A stretch of DNA of 64,000 nucleotides from positions 115,010,001-115,074,000 of the forward strand of contig OX597818.1 of NCBI GenBank assembly GCA_951406725.2. Direction: 5' to 3'. Positions 28,937 through 43,727 of the stretch are shown here, in pieces; within the stretch, counting starts at the first letter, position 1; the number at the start of each line of letters is the position of its first letter. This DNA comes from Octopus vulgaris (Eukaryota). The notes beneath the pieces are model-generated. The model saw only the letters and a program-made list of their open reading frames with translations, was not told the origin of the DNA and made no database searches. The position numbers and the translations under genes are program-made.

Positions 28937-29013
<77 letters not shown>

Positions 29014-30219
29014 TTGTGCATTATATTTAGTAATTCTTTCATCACTCTTTCGTCGAGTAACAGAAAACAATGCTTCACTGATGATGTCATCCCAAGCCTG
29101 AAACATCTGCAGGATCATGTGTTCCGAAGAAAAAAAAACGGAAAAAACAATATAAGACCTTTTTTAATTGCTTCAACATTAACACTATTAACACTCAGTT
29201 ATTAAACAGCGATTTTGTTGTGTAAAGAACATATTTTTATACATAGTTTTTAATTACATCAACGCAAAGAGCGCATGTATAACGTATAATGGGGTGATTA
29301 TGCGCTTTGACTGTAGTTTAACCTGCTGCGTTGTGTGTTTTTTATAATAGTCCACATGTTGAACTGTGTATGTCTACGGACAGGACACCATCATATATAC
29401 ATATATACATGATTTTTTAATATATTTCGTTATGAAAAAAATTACATTCCGGGTTCACTCCCACTGCGTGGCATCTTGGCAAGTGTCTTCTGCTATAGCC
29501 TCGGGCCGACCAAAGCCTTGTGAGTGGATTTGGTAGACGGAAACTGAAAGAAGCCCGTCGTATATATGCGTATTAGGCCTTGTGCTTATAATAGAAAGGA
29601 TTATATTATATTATATTAGGTTTGCAGCATAGAACAAAAGTTTCACTTGTGTGTTATATGTGTCCAAATTAATATATCTATGTGTAAATATGAATTTATA
29701 AACGCATATATACGTACACATACGCACATACACAGACACATACATACATTCATGTTTGTGTTTGTACGCGCGCGCGCGTGTAAGAATGTATATGTGCACA
29801 TAAGTAAACAGGCATATAAGGTTTGGTGTATGTTCGTTGTGCATTCTGAATTGGTAACATACATTTTCCACGAATCAATGCAACACTGCAACACTGTTAA
29901 TAGCAACAGGCATACATTGTTATCGTGGCTGATCTTGCAGTTAATTATTTTCTTTTTATCTTTCACATTACCTGTCTGGCGCTAAAAATCCGACACCATA
30001 ATCATATATTTGTCTGAATGCTGTAAATATAAATGAGATATAAATGTTAGCTATATTTCACTTTGACTAGAGAGAGGTTTAATCCCTTTGAGGTTTCATG
30101 TAATCTCTTTTAACACTTTATAATACTGATATTATATTTTCATATTGTGAACACATTCTGCGATAGGTTGCTTGGTTACCACATGCTCACACACACACAC
30201 ACACATATATAAATAAATG

Positions 30220-30272
<53 letters not shown>

Positions 30273-30491
30273 ATGTATGTATGTATGTATGTATGTATGT
30301 ATGTATGTATGTGTATATAAAATTAATGTAAGCAGCGGTTTAGCAATGTGTTACCAGAAGGGAAAACTAAAATTGTCATTAAATACGACTGAGGATGTTT
30401 GAACACCTATAATGCTGAAAATAAGGTCTAAATCGCTCTAATGCAGCATACGTTTATATATGTATATGTATGTATGTGTATATATATATAT

Positions 30492-30917
30492 TCTCTTTTT
30501 ACTCTTTTACTTGTTTCAGTTATTTTACTGCGGCCATGCTGGAGCACCGCCTTTAGTCGAGCAAATCGACCCCGGGACTTATTTTTTGTAAGCCCAGTAC
30601 TTATTCTATCGGTCTCTTTTGCCGAACCGCTAGGTGACGGGGACGTAAACACACCAACATCGGTTGTCAAGCAATGCTAGGGAGACAAACACAGACACAC
30701 AAACACATACACACACATACACACACACAATATATATATATATATATATATACGACAGTCTTCTTTCAGTTTCCGTCTACCAAATCCACTCACAAGGCAT
30801 TGGTCGGCCCGGGGCTATAGCAGAAGACACTTGCCCATGATGCCACGCAGTGGGACTGAACCCGGAACCATGTGGTTGGTTAGCAAGCTACTTACCACAC
30901 AGTCACTCCTGCGCCTA
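30492..30917 (-). mobile_element. SINE family A, full length
   Basis: Minus strand runs from head AGGCGCAGGAGTGACTGTGTGGTAAG to tail GAAACAAGTAAAAGAG. Confidence 0.92.
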
Positions 30918-30931
30918 TGCATATTTATATA

Positions 30932-31043
<112 letters not shown>

Positions 31044-31117
31044 TACATATATATATGCATATATATATACATATATATATATACTATATATATACATATA
31101 TATACATGCATATGCAT

Positions 31118-31159
<42 letters not shown>

Positions 31160-31373
31160 AAAATAAGACATGGTAGAGAATGCTAAAATAATTTTATCAT
31201 AAAGTACATTTTCGTGCCGGTTTCTGTTGTTTAGATTTTTTCATCTAAGAGTAAAATAATAAAAACAATGAAATTAGAGAAAAAAATTACGTGAAATATT
31301 TTGTAAATAGTTCGATAGTCCTCAAATAGTTTCTCTCTCTCTTTCTCTCTCTCTCTTTCTCTCTCTCTCCTTC

Positions 31374-31410
<37 letters not shown>

Positions 31411-32879
31411 GTGAATGCTTGGTCGGTAGGTAGTAGCAAATCTGAAGAAATAGTTTTATGAGTACAGAGAATTGATAGTTTAAGTAGGAGCAGCCGTGGG
31501 TGAAGAAGAAGAAGAAGAAGGCGGAGAAGAAGGAGAAAAGGAAGGAAGATATCAAGGAGTAGAGACAGAAGAGAATTAAGGAGAAAAAAAGAAATATACA
31601 GGAGTGGTGTGTCACAGTAGATTGTTTATGGAATCTTCTTTAATGGTCAAATGACCTAAAAGTGACCTGTTGTGGTCGTAGCTGTAGTGGTTGGAATTGT
31701 TCTAAATTCTTGTAGTAGTTTTATCTGTGGTAGGAGCACACAAAAGAGGTTTATATTTTGCGATAAAATATGCGTCTTTGCTAATGCGCTGATTATATTT
31801 TGCATTGTTTCTGAATTTATTGAGGGGGGAAATTCTGAAGCTGGGTTGTTCATGTATAGTATATACGACGGGCTTCTTTCAGTTCTCGTCTACCATATCC
31901 AATCACAAGTCTTTGTTCGGTCCGAGGTTATAGCAGGAGACACTTGCCCAAGGTACCGTTTCAAATTTTGTCACCAGGCCAACAAGAATTTGAAGGGGAG
32001 GGATAACTCGATTACATCGACCCCAGCGTTCAACTGGTACTTATTTTATCAATTGCGAAACTATAAAAGGCAAAGTCGACCTCAGCGAAATTTCCCTTCA
32101 GAATAAACTGAACCAAAAGAAATGGCGCTAAGCATTCTGTCCGACGTCCGAATGATTTTGCCTACTCAACACCTTTACTAAGTTGAAATACCCAATGAGT
32201 TAACTGCACTAAACTTAGCATCGACTTCATCTGTACATCTATTCTCCAAATGTATCTGTAAGGTTCTTTTAGTAGCTGTATGGTAAGTAGCTCTATTGTA
32301 AGTAGTTTGCTTACCAACCAGATGGTTCCGGGTTCAGTCCCACTGCGTGGTACCTAGGACAAGTGTCTTCTACTAAACCCTCGGACCGACCTTGGGCAAA
32401 AGAAACCGATAGAATAAGTACTAGGCTTACAAAGAATAAGTCCTGGGGTCGATTTGCTCGACTAAAGGCGGTGCTCCAGCATGGCCGCAGTCAAATAACT
32501 GAAACAAGTAAAGAGAATCTTCAAATATAGGCCGGTGTCACTAATCGAAACTATTAAACTGTCGTCCCGTTGTTGTACATCTAAAACAAAGGTAAACTAT
32601 TAGATATTGTTGTCTGTGATTAACTGTCTGGAAAAAGGGACGGGCTAAATATCGATGGAATAGTTTTATTTGTAGTTTTTTTTTTCTTGTCAGAACTGGA
32701 ATTTGTAATAACTGAAACCAACAATGACAAAACGATAGAGTGTATAACGTAGTATTGGATTTATGCGGAGAAAAATCACGACAGTACGCTTGGTCTATAT
32801 ACTATTTGGGTTGCTTGATTAACACAGTAAAGCAAATGTTACATAACCATGGATATTACGGTCTCAATTCCTAGAACAC

Positions 32880-33087
32880 ATTAGGATGGTTACCAGGTTT
32901 GCGTTGCGTATAACTAACCGAGGGCACGGTATCCCTCCTGATCGAAACGCGCGTCCCACGAAGGATTACGCGTTTACAGCCAAGGGGAAATGATGTAGTC
33001 TGTTCTAAAAGAGAATGCATTGCCTGGCCCAGAAACCACGGTCCTGCGATTGTGAGTGCAACATCTTAAGCACTAAGGCGCATGCCT
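32880..33087 (-). mobile_element. Degraded tRNA-derived SINE (family D-like)
   Basis: Minus-strand head resembles the SINE at 60732. Confidence 0.5.
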
Positions 33088-33945
33088 TTGATATCACTGC
33101 ACACTTGAAGCTAACTAGGAACAACAACAGCAGCAGCGGCAACTGATGTGACATCCTTACGAAAATGGGTTACCTTTGACAAACAGCAATTAACGATGTT
33201 TACCAAAGCCTTAGGATATAATTAATAAAGATCAGCTTAATCTAATTATCTCATATTAATTACTGTTTAAATACAGCAAATACTTCCGCTTTATAATTTA
33301 ATTACACATTAATCGTTATGTTGGTTTCTAAACAATTATAGATATTTTTTTAAAATACTTTCTATTTATTTTTTATTCTTAACTTATCTATCTCTGCTTT
33401 AAAGAACAATAAATACATTGAAAATAATAAAATAAACAGTTGACAATTTTATGCTAATTTGGTTTCCTTTGTTTTCCCTATCGTTCCTAATAATTATTTC
33501 AATTTTCCAATCATCTATCTGTCTTAATTACGATAAGTATTTGCTTGTTTATATAACAGGGCGGAGTGAAAAAGTACTTTTTACACATATTTTCAAAATA
33601 CGTTTTAAAGAATATATTTTATATTGCAAAATCATTTTAAAACAATTGTCTTAAAATCTGAAGTTCTTAAATATACATCTTCAAGCTCCGCAGCGCACTT
33701 AAAATTTTGAATAATGAGCAATAATATCAATAACACATTTGCCGTTCCTCCATGAAGGTTATAAGGACTTGGATTTACGCAAAATTGTACCTAAGGACTT
33801 ATAGACTTATTTCTACATGATCGGAAGTTCAACTGTGAACTTTTATGCTTCTTTTTTTCTTCGCTTTCTTCATCTCCTTATTCTTTTATTCCTGTCCTCT
33901 ATGTCGTCATCTCATTAATCTATACCCTTCTCATTTTCCATATTT

Positions 33946-34001
33946 GTCTCTGATGACGGAATATCCCATACTCTGGGATATCCCAGAAACAGCTGTAAGA
34001 C
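33946..34001 (+). ncRNA. Type I hammerhead ribozyme, family 3
   Basis: GTCT CTGATGA CGGAATATCCCA-TACTC-TGGGATATCCCA GAAAC AGCT GTA/ AGAC; stem I GTCT/AGAC, palindromic stem III ACAGCTGT. Confidence 0.8.
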
Positions 34002-34290
34002 TTTGAATCATTTTTTCCAATAATAATAACGTATATAACTTGAGATGTTTGCCTTGCCTTAACGTTCGTTGTCCTCTTTAACAATTATATATCCGCTATA
34101 TCGGAAATCTGCAATGGTTCCATAACTACTGTCTCGGCTATAACCTTGGAGCACTAGTAATCGGTTACAACAATTACCTAGCGTACCTAGTCGTTTAGTC
34201 GTTTAGATCACCTGCGAACTAAACCCCATATTTTGTGTATATATATATATATATATGGGGTTGGTCTTGCAGTTTGCATCTCGAGGACCG

Positions 34291-34366
34291 AATGTACTGA
34301 AGAAGTCACGGACACTTGAATTATGCAAGTAATTCTTTTGTTAAGACCGAAACCGAGGTATGCATT
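34291..34366 (+). ncRNA. Type I hammerhead ribozyme, family 4
   Basis: AATGTA CTGAAGA AGTC...GACC GAAAC CGAG GTA/ TGCATT; stem I AATGTA/TGCATT. Confidence 0.65.
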
Positions 34367-34665
34367 TAAGTCTGTTTTTTATTTTTTTTTTTTTTATTTA
34401 ATTTTTATTTAATTTTTCATATGTCCTGCCCGCCAAATTTGGTTCTGGTGTTCGCTGAATTCTTCCTCTAGAGAATTTCCCTTGTAGTTTGATCGTTTAT
34501 GATCTATTTCTAGCATTCTGGCCGGCTACCTAGCAGGCCAGCCCTGCCAATATACACATATATTTGAATTTTCTCTGAATCCTCAGATTTTTTGAATGCT
34601 GGACTACTGGTTTTAAATTGATATTAAAATTAATATTAATTTATCTCCCTCAATTTTTAAATATT

Positions 34666-34779
<114 letters not shown>

Positions 34780-34782
34780 TAT

Positions 34783-34864
<82 letters not shown>

Positions 34865-35119
34865 GCATATATACATACATATATGTACATGCCTATGTAT
34901 ATATATATTTATATATACATGCATATATGGGTACAGGACGTAAAAAATGTGAACAAAGTGAAAACGAGAGCATAAAAAAAACAAAAACATGGAAAATAAA
35001 CTTTTTTTCGAACAACGAAAGAAAAAAATGGAGAAACGAGACATGCAGCATAAAGAACAATCCCTTCATCAGTTGTCCCCTGTTTTATCTACTCCGCGTT
35101 TCGAACGTTGGGATAAGAT

Positions 35120-35168
<49 letters not shown>

Positions 35169-35384
35169 TATTTACACACACACATATATGTATGTATTTA
35201 TGTATATATATGTAAGCGTGTAGCTATACAGTTATGAAAATAGAAAACAGGTGTAATTGTCGTTTATTTTTATCAAAATATTTCAAAGTTAGCCTTTTTT
35301 TTTCAAATTTTCAGTGACATTAACCATAAGGATATATTTATAGCTATAATGATACTTTTATCGTAACTTTTAACTGATATATAA

Positions 35385-35441
<57 letters not shown>

Positions 35442-35473
35442 ATAAAATAAAATAATATTAATAATAAATATAT

Positions 35474-35512
<39 letters not shown>

Positions 35513-35693
35513 AAAATTTATAAGTTTAAATTATTTAAATAATTTTTTAAAATTTTAACTTTAATTTAAATATTTTAATTTGGAATTTATATTTTTTATA
35601 TTTATATTTTATATTTTTTTAATTAATTTTATTTCTATGTATTGGCTTATGATTTTCACTGTTTGATTTGCCTAATAGTGGTTTTATCTCTAA

Positions 35694-35745
<52 letters not shown>

Positions 35746-36857
35746 GATAGATGGATTTATGCATGCATACACATATTCATATACACTTGAACGTTCATTT
35801 ACAAAATGTGGAAAATACCAAAAACAAATGGTGAATTGTTGAGTATGTTCAAACAGTCCACGACTCTTACTCTCTTTACTGCGTCGTCGCTGAGACCAAT
35901 TAAACTTCTGTTTGACAAAGATAAAACCTTAGCTTGTTTCATGTGAATATAAGTGTTCTCATTTATGTTCAATACTTGTCTGAAATGCTACAGATAGAAT
36001 TATAAAGAGTATACCATTCCCGCGTATGTATATAACATTTATCAACAAGTAGATTGTTTTAACAGAAATCATGTTCGCTCTTTGAGTAAGGAAAATAAGG
36101 ACTGAACAGATTTATATTTTTTCAGTGATTTAATTCTCATTTAATTATAATTTTGTAAATTATATCACACTAATGATGATTGTGTGTCGTTAAGTACTGA
36201 GAGACATATTGTATTTACTGCAGACTCGGAGCAGACCTTGAAGAGAAAGAGCAAGTCTCTGAGAAGGTTGCGAAAAGGACTTATGACTAACAAAGAACCG
36301 ATTGACTGTTTAACTAGTGCATTAAGCAAACGATCGATTAACTAACAATAAAGAAGAGATATTGAACCAGTGTGCGTGTTGTTATTATTATTATTGGTGT
36401 AATGACCCTCTCAAGGCACAAATTTGTTTCAACACGCAAATTGGCATCAGGAATCTTGCAAGCAAAATACAAATCGAAGCAGTTTTAAAAATTTTCTCTA
36501 AGTTGTTTCGAGATAAATTTTTCTTTCCTACTTCTGAAGTGACATTTTGGAGCAGCTAATTTGACGCCGCCTGGCGTCAATGGTTCCATGCTGACTTATT
36601 TGATATTAGCCTCTTAAAGTTTCTCTCGTTCTTTTCCCCCTTCCCTATCTCGTTATTTCTCTCTCTCTCTCTCTCTCTCTCACTCTCTCTCTCTCTCTCT
36701 CTTTCTGTCTATTTATCTGTATGTATATCTCTCTATCTATCTGTCTGTCTGTCTATCCTATATCCTTCTATCTGTTTATGCGTATTAGTATATTTCTCCA
36801 TATGTATATGGGAAGGAAAAATGCTTCTCATACGAGTTCAATTAACAAAGTATAATG

Positions 36858-36901
<44 letters not shown>

Positions 36902-37579
36902 TCTCTTAGTATCTTTGTCTCTCTGTCGCAATCTATCTCTATTTGTCTTTCTTTTTGATTCTCACGGCCTCCATTTCTCTCACTCTGTCCCTTACACTCT
37001 CTCTTTCTCTTTCTCTCACTCTCTCTCTCTCTCTATCTATCTCCATCTCTAGCTCTCTCTCCCTCCCTCCCTCTCGCTGGCTTACTCGCTCTCCATCAGT
37101 CTATTTATATGAGTGTATTTCTACGTACGTGCGTGTGCGCGCGTATCTATTATTGCTTCCATTGTCAAAAAATGCTGTCACCCAGATTAAATATCCAGTC
37201 AGCCGTGCCAAATCCTCAACATCCAAACAACGTGGCCCAATTGTCTCATTCTGCTTCTACACACCCAGTTGACTTTCAAAATTTGTACACATTTCAAACC
37301 CTTACTAGTCTAAATTTATGGCTTAATATCTGGTCTTAAGAATTCAATAATTTAAATCTTTCAATTATGAGCTGGGACTACATATCACAATGGTTAAGTA
37401 TATATCAATCCGCTGCATAAGGCTTCCTCAAGCTGGGTTTTCGCGAAACGTAGACTTTGTACATGAACAAATACCGATACCGTATCTAAATTTACGTAAA
37501 TAAACCTAAGACGTTCAGTGTACTTAACGAAGTTGGTAAATATTTGTATGAAAATGATTTTAATCAAAGATTTTTCCGT

Positions 37580-37726
37580 TTACATTACTTACATTATTTA
37601 CAATGGACGAAAATTTGTCCTCCTCTTGTTTGTTGTTAACACATTTTGGCTGATATAACCTCCAGCCATTATCAAGTGTCTTGTGGAAATTTAGAACCTG
37701 AGTTCTCATTCCTTAGTTATTTTTCG

Positions 37727-37761
<35 letters not shown>

Positions 37762-37781
37762 GTTGTTGTTGTTGTTGTTGC

Positions 37782-37830
<49 letters not shown>

Positions 37831-38000
37831 ATTGAAATAACATCGAAAAATACCTTAGGAATGAGAACACAGGTTCGAAATTTCCCCAAGACACCTGATG
37901 AAGGCTGGAGGGTACATGACCCGAAACGTTGTGTTAACAACAAACAAGATGAGGACAAATATCCGTCAAATGTAAATAATGTAAATAATGTAAATAAAAA
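37580..38000. mobile_element. Divergent pair of Penelope-like hammerhead modules (minus 37580-37730, plus 37846-38000) around (TTA)n/(TTG)n
   Basis: Plus copy: ACAC CTGATGA AGGCTG...CC GAAAC GTT GTGT; the minus copy keeps stem II GGCTG/CAGCC. Confidence 0.75.
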
Positions 38001-38360
38001 ATGTTGGTAAAATGTGTACATATTTATTCCTTATCCTATTTTGAGCAGAAATCATGTGGTTATGAAGATGGTGGCATACTAATATGGGTTTAACTTCAAT
38101 CCCTCAGTATTTTGGGAAAGTATTTCCCTCGCGTTTATCGTGCATAAATTAGTCCTTAAAATGTCCAGGCAGGCAAAGTAACAGTTTCACACTTAGAAAT
38201 ATGGGTGAGTCTACGAAGATCATGGAAACAGTTACATACCTTAAGTAAACTATGGAAGAAATGCACGCGGAAAATTTTGAGGTTAATTTAGTGTAAGCAT
38301 CACGAGAAGATGGCATAGATTGAATGAACGTTAAGAATAGGCAGAAATAACCAGTCTTAA

Positions 38361-38753
38361 TCTCTCTATATATAAAGCTGAAGTTGTCTGTGTATGGCAG
38401 GTTTGGTAGCCTTCAACTAACACTATCTCCTCCGAGACCCTGCGGTGCAAGTTGACCAAAATTGAGAGTATGATAGAAGAAGGCTTGCTCTTCCTTCCGT
38501 AGAAGAAAAAATTCAAATCGGACCATGTTAACACCAAAAATTATTTACATCAAAAGGGTGCTTTTTTTTCTATGAAAATCCCTATTTTTTACGATTTTTT
38601 GACTGCCGTGTCGCCATTTTTCGGTGTATTTCAACCAGAAAAATGTTCACTTAAAGAGAATAACAAGCTACATAATGCACAATTTTTACTTTTCAAAAAT
38701 TCCAATTCTAAAGGGTCGAAACAAACCCGAGAAACGCCGGGTGATACTGCTAG
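38361..38753 (+). mobile_element. Non-autonomous Helitron-like element
   Basis: A|TCTCTCTATATATAAA start; subterminal hairpin CCCGAGAAACGCCGGG, then ATACTGCTAG|T; no TSD. Confidence 0.75.
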
Positions 38754-38988
38754 TTTGGTTGTATTATTAAGTAGAAGAAGGCGATGACCTGACAGAAAAG
38801 GTAGCACGCCGGACAATATGCTCAGCGGCATTTTGTCCGTCTTTAGCTGAAGTCTACATTGTCTTTCATCCTTCCGGGGCTGATAAAATAAGTATGAGTC
38901 AAATACCGGGTTCAATGTAATCCACTTCCTCTTCCTCTGTATCAAAATTTGAATCCATTATTATGGATAACACAATTTGAAAGCAATA

Positions 38989-39838
38989 TACCTAGGTGAT
39001 TCAAAAGTTTTGCAAATTTTGCATACGTGCTAATTTGCAGCCGAAGCAATTCAAGCTGTGGAGGTTGGTAGTACCGAGTTAATTGGTGCACTGATATGTT
39101 GTGTATTGCTTCACTCTGTATGTAATTTGAAAGCTGCATAGATGAATGTGCAAAGTAGTCTAATTTCGGGAACTTATGCTTTACGAGTTCGAACTGGGCC
39201 GTAACACCTCGAAAGCAGCCAAAAGCGTATGTTTTGCAAGAGGTGAAGGCGCAGTTGATCATAGTACAGTAACCAGATGGTTGAAGAAACTTCGCTCGGA
39301 TTGCAAGAACCTCGACGATGAAGCAAGGTCAGGTTAGCTTAAAACCGTGGATTCTGAGGCCATGCTCCAAGCCATAGGGGAAAATCCGGCGAGTTCGGCA
39401 TCCCACGGATGCCTGCTGTTGTTCTGGTTAACACAAAGTGAACTCTTCAGCAAGACAATGCAAGGCAATGCAAGACCTCATTTCGCTCGAACGAACGAAC
39501 CGAAATAAGTTCCAGGAACTTGAGTGAATCGAACTGATGCCACACCCAGCATATAGTCCGGACCTAGCTTACTCGGACTATTGCTTGTTCCCATCTATGA
39601 CTCACTTCCTGCGCCCGCAATGCTTCATCAACCTAGTGGAGGTTGAAACTTCCGTGTAGCAGTTCCTCGTCTCGAAGGACAAGAACTGATATCAGCGTGG
39701 AATTAAGGAACTGATAGAAAGGAGGCTTCAGACGGGGCAATCCAGTAGCCTCTATTTTGACTGCTTGGCTACTTTCGTTGTAGCTTAACAAAGTAAATAA
39801 GTTACCAAAATATTGCAAAATGTTTGACTCAACGCAAT
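38989..39838 (+). mobile_element. Internally deleted mariner transposon, transposase pseudogene
   Basis: ELMLYEFELG...STVTRWLKKLRS..KNLDDEARSG; QQDNAR; PHPAYSPDLAYSDYCLF; degenerate TIRs GATTCAAAAGTTTTGCAA / TTGCAAAATGTTTGACTC. Confidence 0.88.
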
Positions 39839-40011
39839 GCATGTTGGCAGTGGGTAACTGTTGAGAAGTGAAATTCTGTTTTCCTCAACGAGCTAATGTT
39901 ATTCTTGATACTATCAGAGTAATATATGCACTCACATATACAATTATATTTGCAATTGCAGCCAAGACTTTTCGACTTCAGCTTTAACTAGTTTGTGTGA
40001 GTGTACGTGTG

Positions 40012-40052
<41 letters not shown>

Positions 40053-40377
40053 TGTTTGGTGAACAATGGAAAGCAAAAAAGAAAAAGTGCTTTCGTTGCA
40101 TTTTGTAATGTCCTTGCTCCTGTTATTAGCTGAGTATTGCTTATGATAATCAATTCCTAAAAACCTTCGTGGTTTTATTTGTTTAACAATCCTATGTCAG
40201 CAAGTTACTAGCAAAGAATTCCTACAAACTTCGTTCGATTTTATTAGTTCAGCATTCATGTGTCAGCTAGCAACTAGGAAATCATATCACTTTCTTCTAC
40301 ATACTTTCGTAAATTTACAGCCTCACATATGGCGAGGCGCATTGATACAATGTCCATATGTGTGTATGTGTGTATAC

Positions 40378-40427
<50 letters not shown>

Positions 40428-41137
40428 ACATCTGTTTATACACACACACACATACACATACAGACACATGGGCATAAAACTGCTTGAGCCCAGACATAAA
40501 TAGACCACCACAACCATATCGTCCGCTCAATATTATTTTTATGTTGAAAGAAGTCTCTGACTGAGCATGTGGTCTGACTGACAGACTAATGGCGAATATG
40601 CAGCGAGTAACTTTGCTAGTTTTATACAAATGAACAGTGTGTTCTTTAAAGAAGACATTTCTTCACAAATTATATAGGTTGCCCTAAAAAACAAAGATTC
40701 TAAATTATGATAGAAGTTCGCTTTTCAACCATTATGTTTCGGGTTCGGTTTCACTGCGTGGCACCTTTGTAAGGGGTCTATTTCTATAGCAAATTTAACT
40801 ATTTCACCATAGATTGAAAACGACGAGCTGCTTCAATTGGTCTTAGAACCTTATTGTGTTGGTCTCAGAAGTGTCTACATCTCTTTGACCAATGCCAGAG
40901 AAACAAACAGACGAACTGTTTATATATTCAACAAATCTCACGGCTACAAAGAACTACAGTTACTAATTTGTGTATCTTTAGTGCTTTGTATTCAAGTATA
41001 GAACTGAATGTCTCTACGTGTGATGTAGGGATGTGTGAAGCAGACCAATTTCTTAAAATGTAAGAAAGGTTTTGTGTTTTGGTATGCCTCTTTCAATGTT
41101 TTTTGTCGTATTTACTGCTCCAGTTATTATTGGCATG

Positions 41138-41460
41138 TGAAGGCGCAATGGCCAAGTGATTAGGGTAACGGACTCGTGGTCGTGGGATCGCGGTTTCGAT
41201 TCCCAGACCGGGCGTTGTGAGTGTTTATTGAACGAAAACACCAAAAGCTCCGTGAGTCTCCGGCAGGCAGGCTGTACCTGCTGTACTCTTTCACCACAAC
41301 TTTCTTTCACTTTTTCTTCCTGTTTCTGTTGTACCTGTATTTTCAAAGGGCCAGCCTTGTCACACTCTGTATCTCGCTGAATCTCCCCGAGAACTACGTT
41401 AAAGGTACACGTGTCTGTGGAGTGCTCAGCCACTTGCACGGTAATTTCACGAGCAGGCTG
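41138..41460 (+). mobile_element. SINE family C
   Basis: Matches 7516-7899 in the opposite orientation; 3' end truncated. Confidence 0.88.
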
Positions 41461-41625
41461 GAACCCTCTTTAATTTCACGAGCAGAAATTTTAGAAATAG
41501 CAGTCTTTTGACTGCTATTTCTAAAATTTTCGATATGTGGTCAAGCAACTTGTTGCTAAACCCTCATTGTTATAATTATATATTTATATATAATTGATGC
41601 TAAATGTTTCATAACTGCTAATAAT

Positions 41626-41784
41626 CCTTTCTACAACAAACACAAGGCCTGGAATTTCATCGACCCCGAAAGAATGAAAGGCAAAGTCGACCCCGGTGGA
41701 ATTTGAACTCAGAACATAGCGACGGGCGAAATACCGGTAAGCTTCTCGTCCAGCGCGCTAACGCTTCTGCCAGCCTGCTGCATT
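41626..41784 (-). mobile_element. SINE family B (internally deleted) with 15-bp TSD
   Basis: TSD ATAACTGCTAATAAT at 41611-41625 and 41785-41799. Confidence 0.85.
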
Positions 41785-42054
41785 ATAACTGCTAATAATG
41801 AAATTAATACTAACTAATGTTTCTATTAACATTATTAATAATATAGAACATAATAAAAGGTCATTAAGATTTCGATGAAGAGATTGGTGATAATGATGAT
41901 AATAAGGATGAAAATAATAGAAGTAGGAGCGGTGATGTACTTAGTGTTTGAGGTTGGTTTGTTTTGTTAGCAAATGACTCTCAAAACAAAACAATGTTAT
42001 CTTGCTACGTGTGTCACAGATTACAAACATTCTTTCCGTTGCTACAGCAGCGAT

Positions 42055-42925
<871 letters not shown>

Positions 42926-43099
42926 GAATGTATGCCTATATAAACATATACCATATATAGATATATATTCTTTTATACGTTTCAGTCGTGTGTTGCGGTC
43001 ATGCTGGAGTGGCCCCGTGAATCTATATCCTTTCTTAAAACCTTTACTGTGGTTGGTTGCGTCTGCGGGGTGGCATTACATATCACCGTTCTTGTATGT

Positions 43100-43585
43100 G
43101 TTTCTTTCTCAATTGTTGGCTCAGTTGTAATTCCTGCCATGACAACGCATCGTCTGGTATCGTGCATAGGAGAATGTCCAGTTCCTTTCTGATGACATCC
43201 ACATCCAAAATGTGTATATTTCTTAATTCTTAATACTTTTAGCACAGCAATGAAATGCTGGGAGGGGGTCTCTTTGAACCCTCAGCTAATGCAGTACTTG
43301 CTCCTCACCTCAGATGGAGTGGACGGTACCAAAGGTATACGCAGAGGTGTTTTGTACAGGTGCTTGTATAACTTGATGCTGAAGTTAATTGCGAGAACCT
43401 GCAGGATTTTCAACTTACAGCTTATAGCACATCTCTCGCGTCTTCGTTCCGGGAGTAAAGTCGTAGCTTTTTCAGCTTCTCCTAGTAGTTCTGCTGCAGT
43501 ATGGCAATATTCTTAATGTAGTTGCGTTGGCTTGCTCCAGGTTCCGCAGTTTGTGACATTATGCGACGACTACAGCTGGGAGCAA
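43100..43585 (-). pseudogene. CR1/L2-like LINE ORF2 3' fragment
   Basis: Remnants SQL..QRNYIKNI..NY*EKLKKLRLYS.ERRRER match the conserved Y..RL..L.L.SLE.RR motif. Confidence 0.7.
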
Positions 43586-43727
43586 TAGACCAGGCAACTA
43601 TACATGTGTGTATGTGTGCGTGCGTGTGTATGTGTGCGAGTGTGTGTATGCGTACGTGTAAGTGTGTGTGTATCCTAACAGGGGTATCCTAACGGCAACG
43701 TAAACTTCATATAATGAAGATCCCCTT

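Noticed and set aside
29077-29112. CTGATGA...GAAAC pair (similar at 2470-2500)
   Set aside because: No stem I or stem II pairing and no valid cleavage triplet
35030-35110. Minus-strand GAAACGCG followed later by CTGATGAAGG
   Set aside because: Elements are in the wrong order for a type I hammerhead, with no supporting stems; at most a truncated Penelope-like end
35430-35640. Almost pure A/T stretch (also 58250-58420)
   Set aside because: Adjacent to (TA)n arrays; probably degenerate microsatellite or sequencing/consensus noise
41485-41532. Near-perfect 20-bp hairpin AAATTTTAGAAATAGCAGTC-TTTT-GACTGCTATTTCTAAAATTT
   Set aside because: Sits at a SINE truncation junction and is likely a repair fold-back; too short for a pre-miRNA, and terminators are not relevant here
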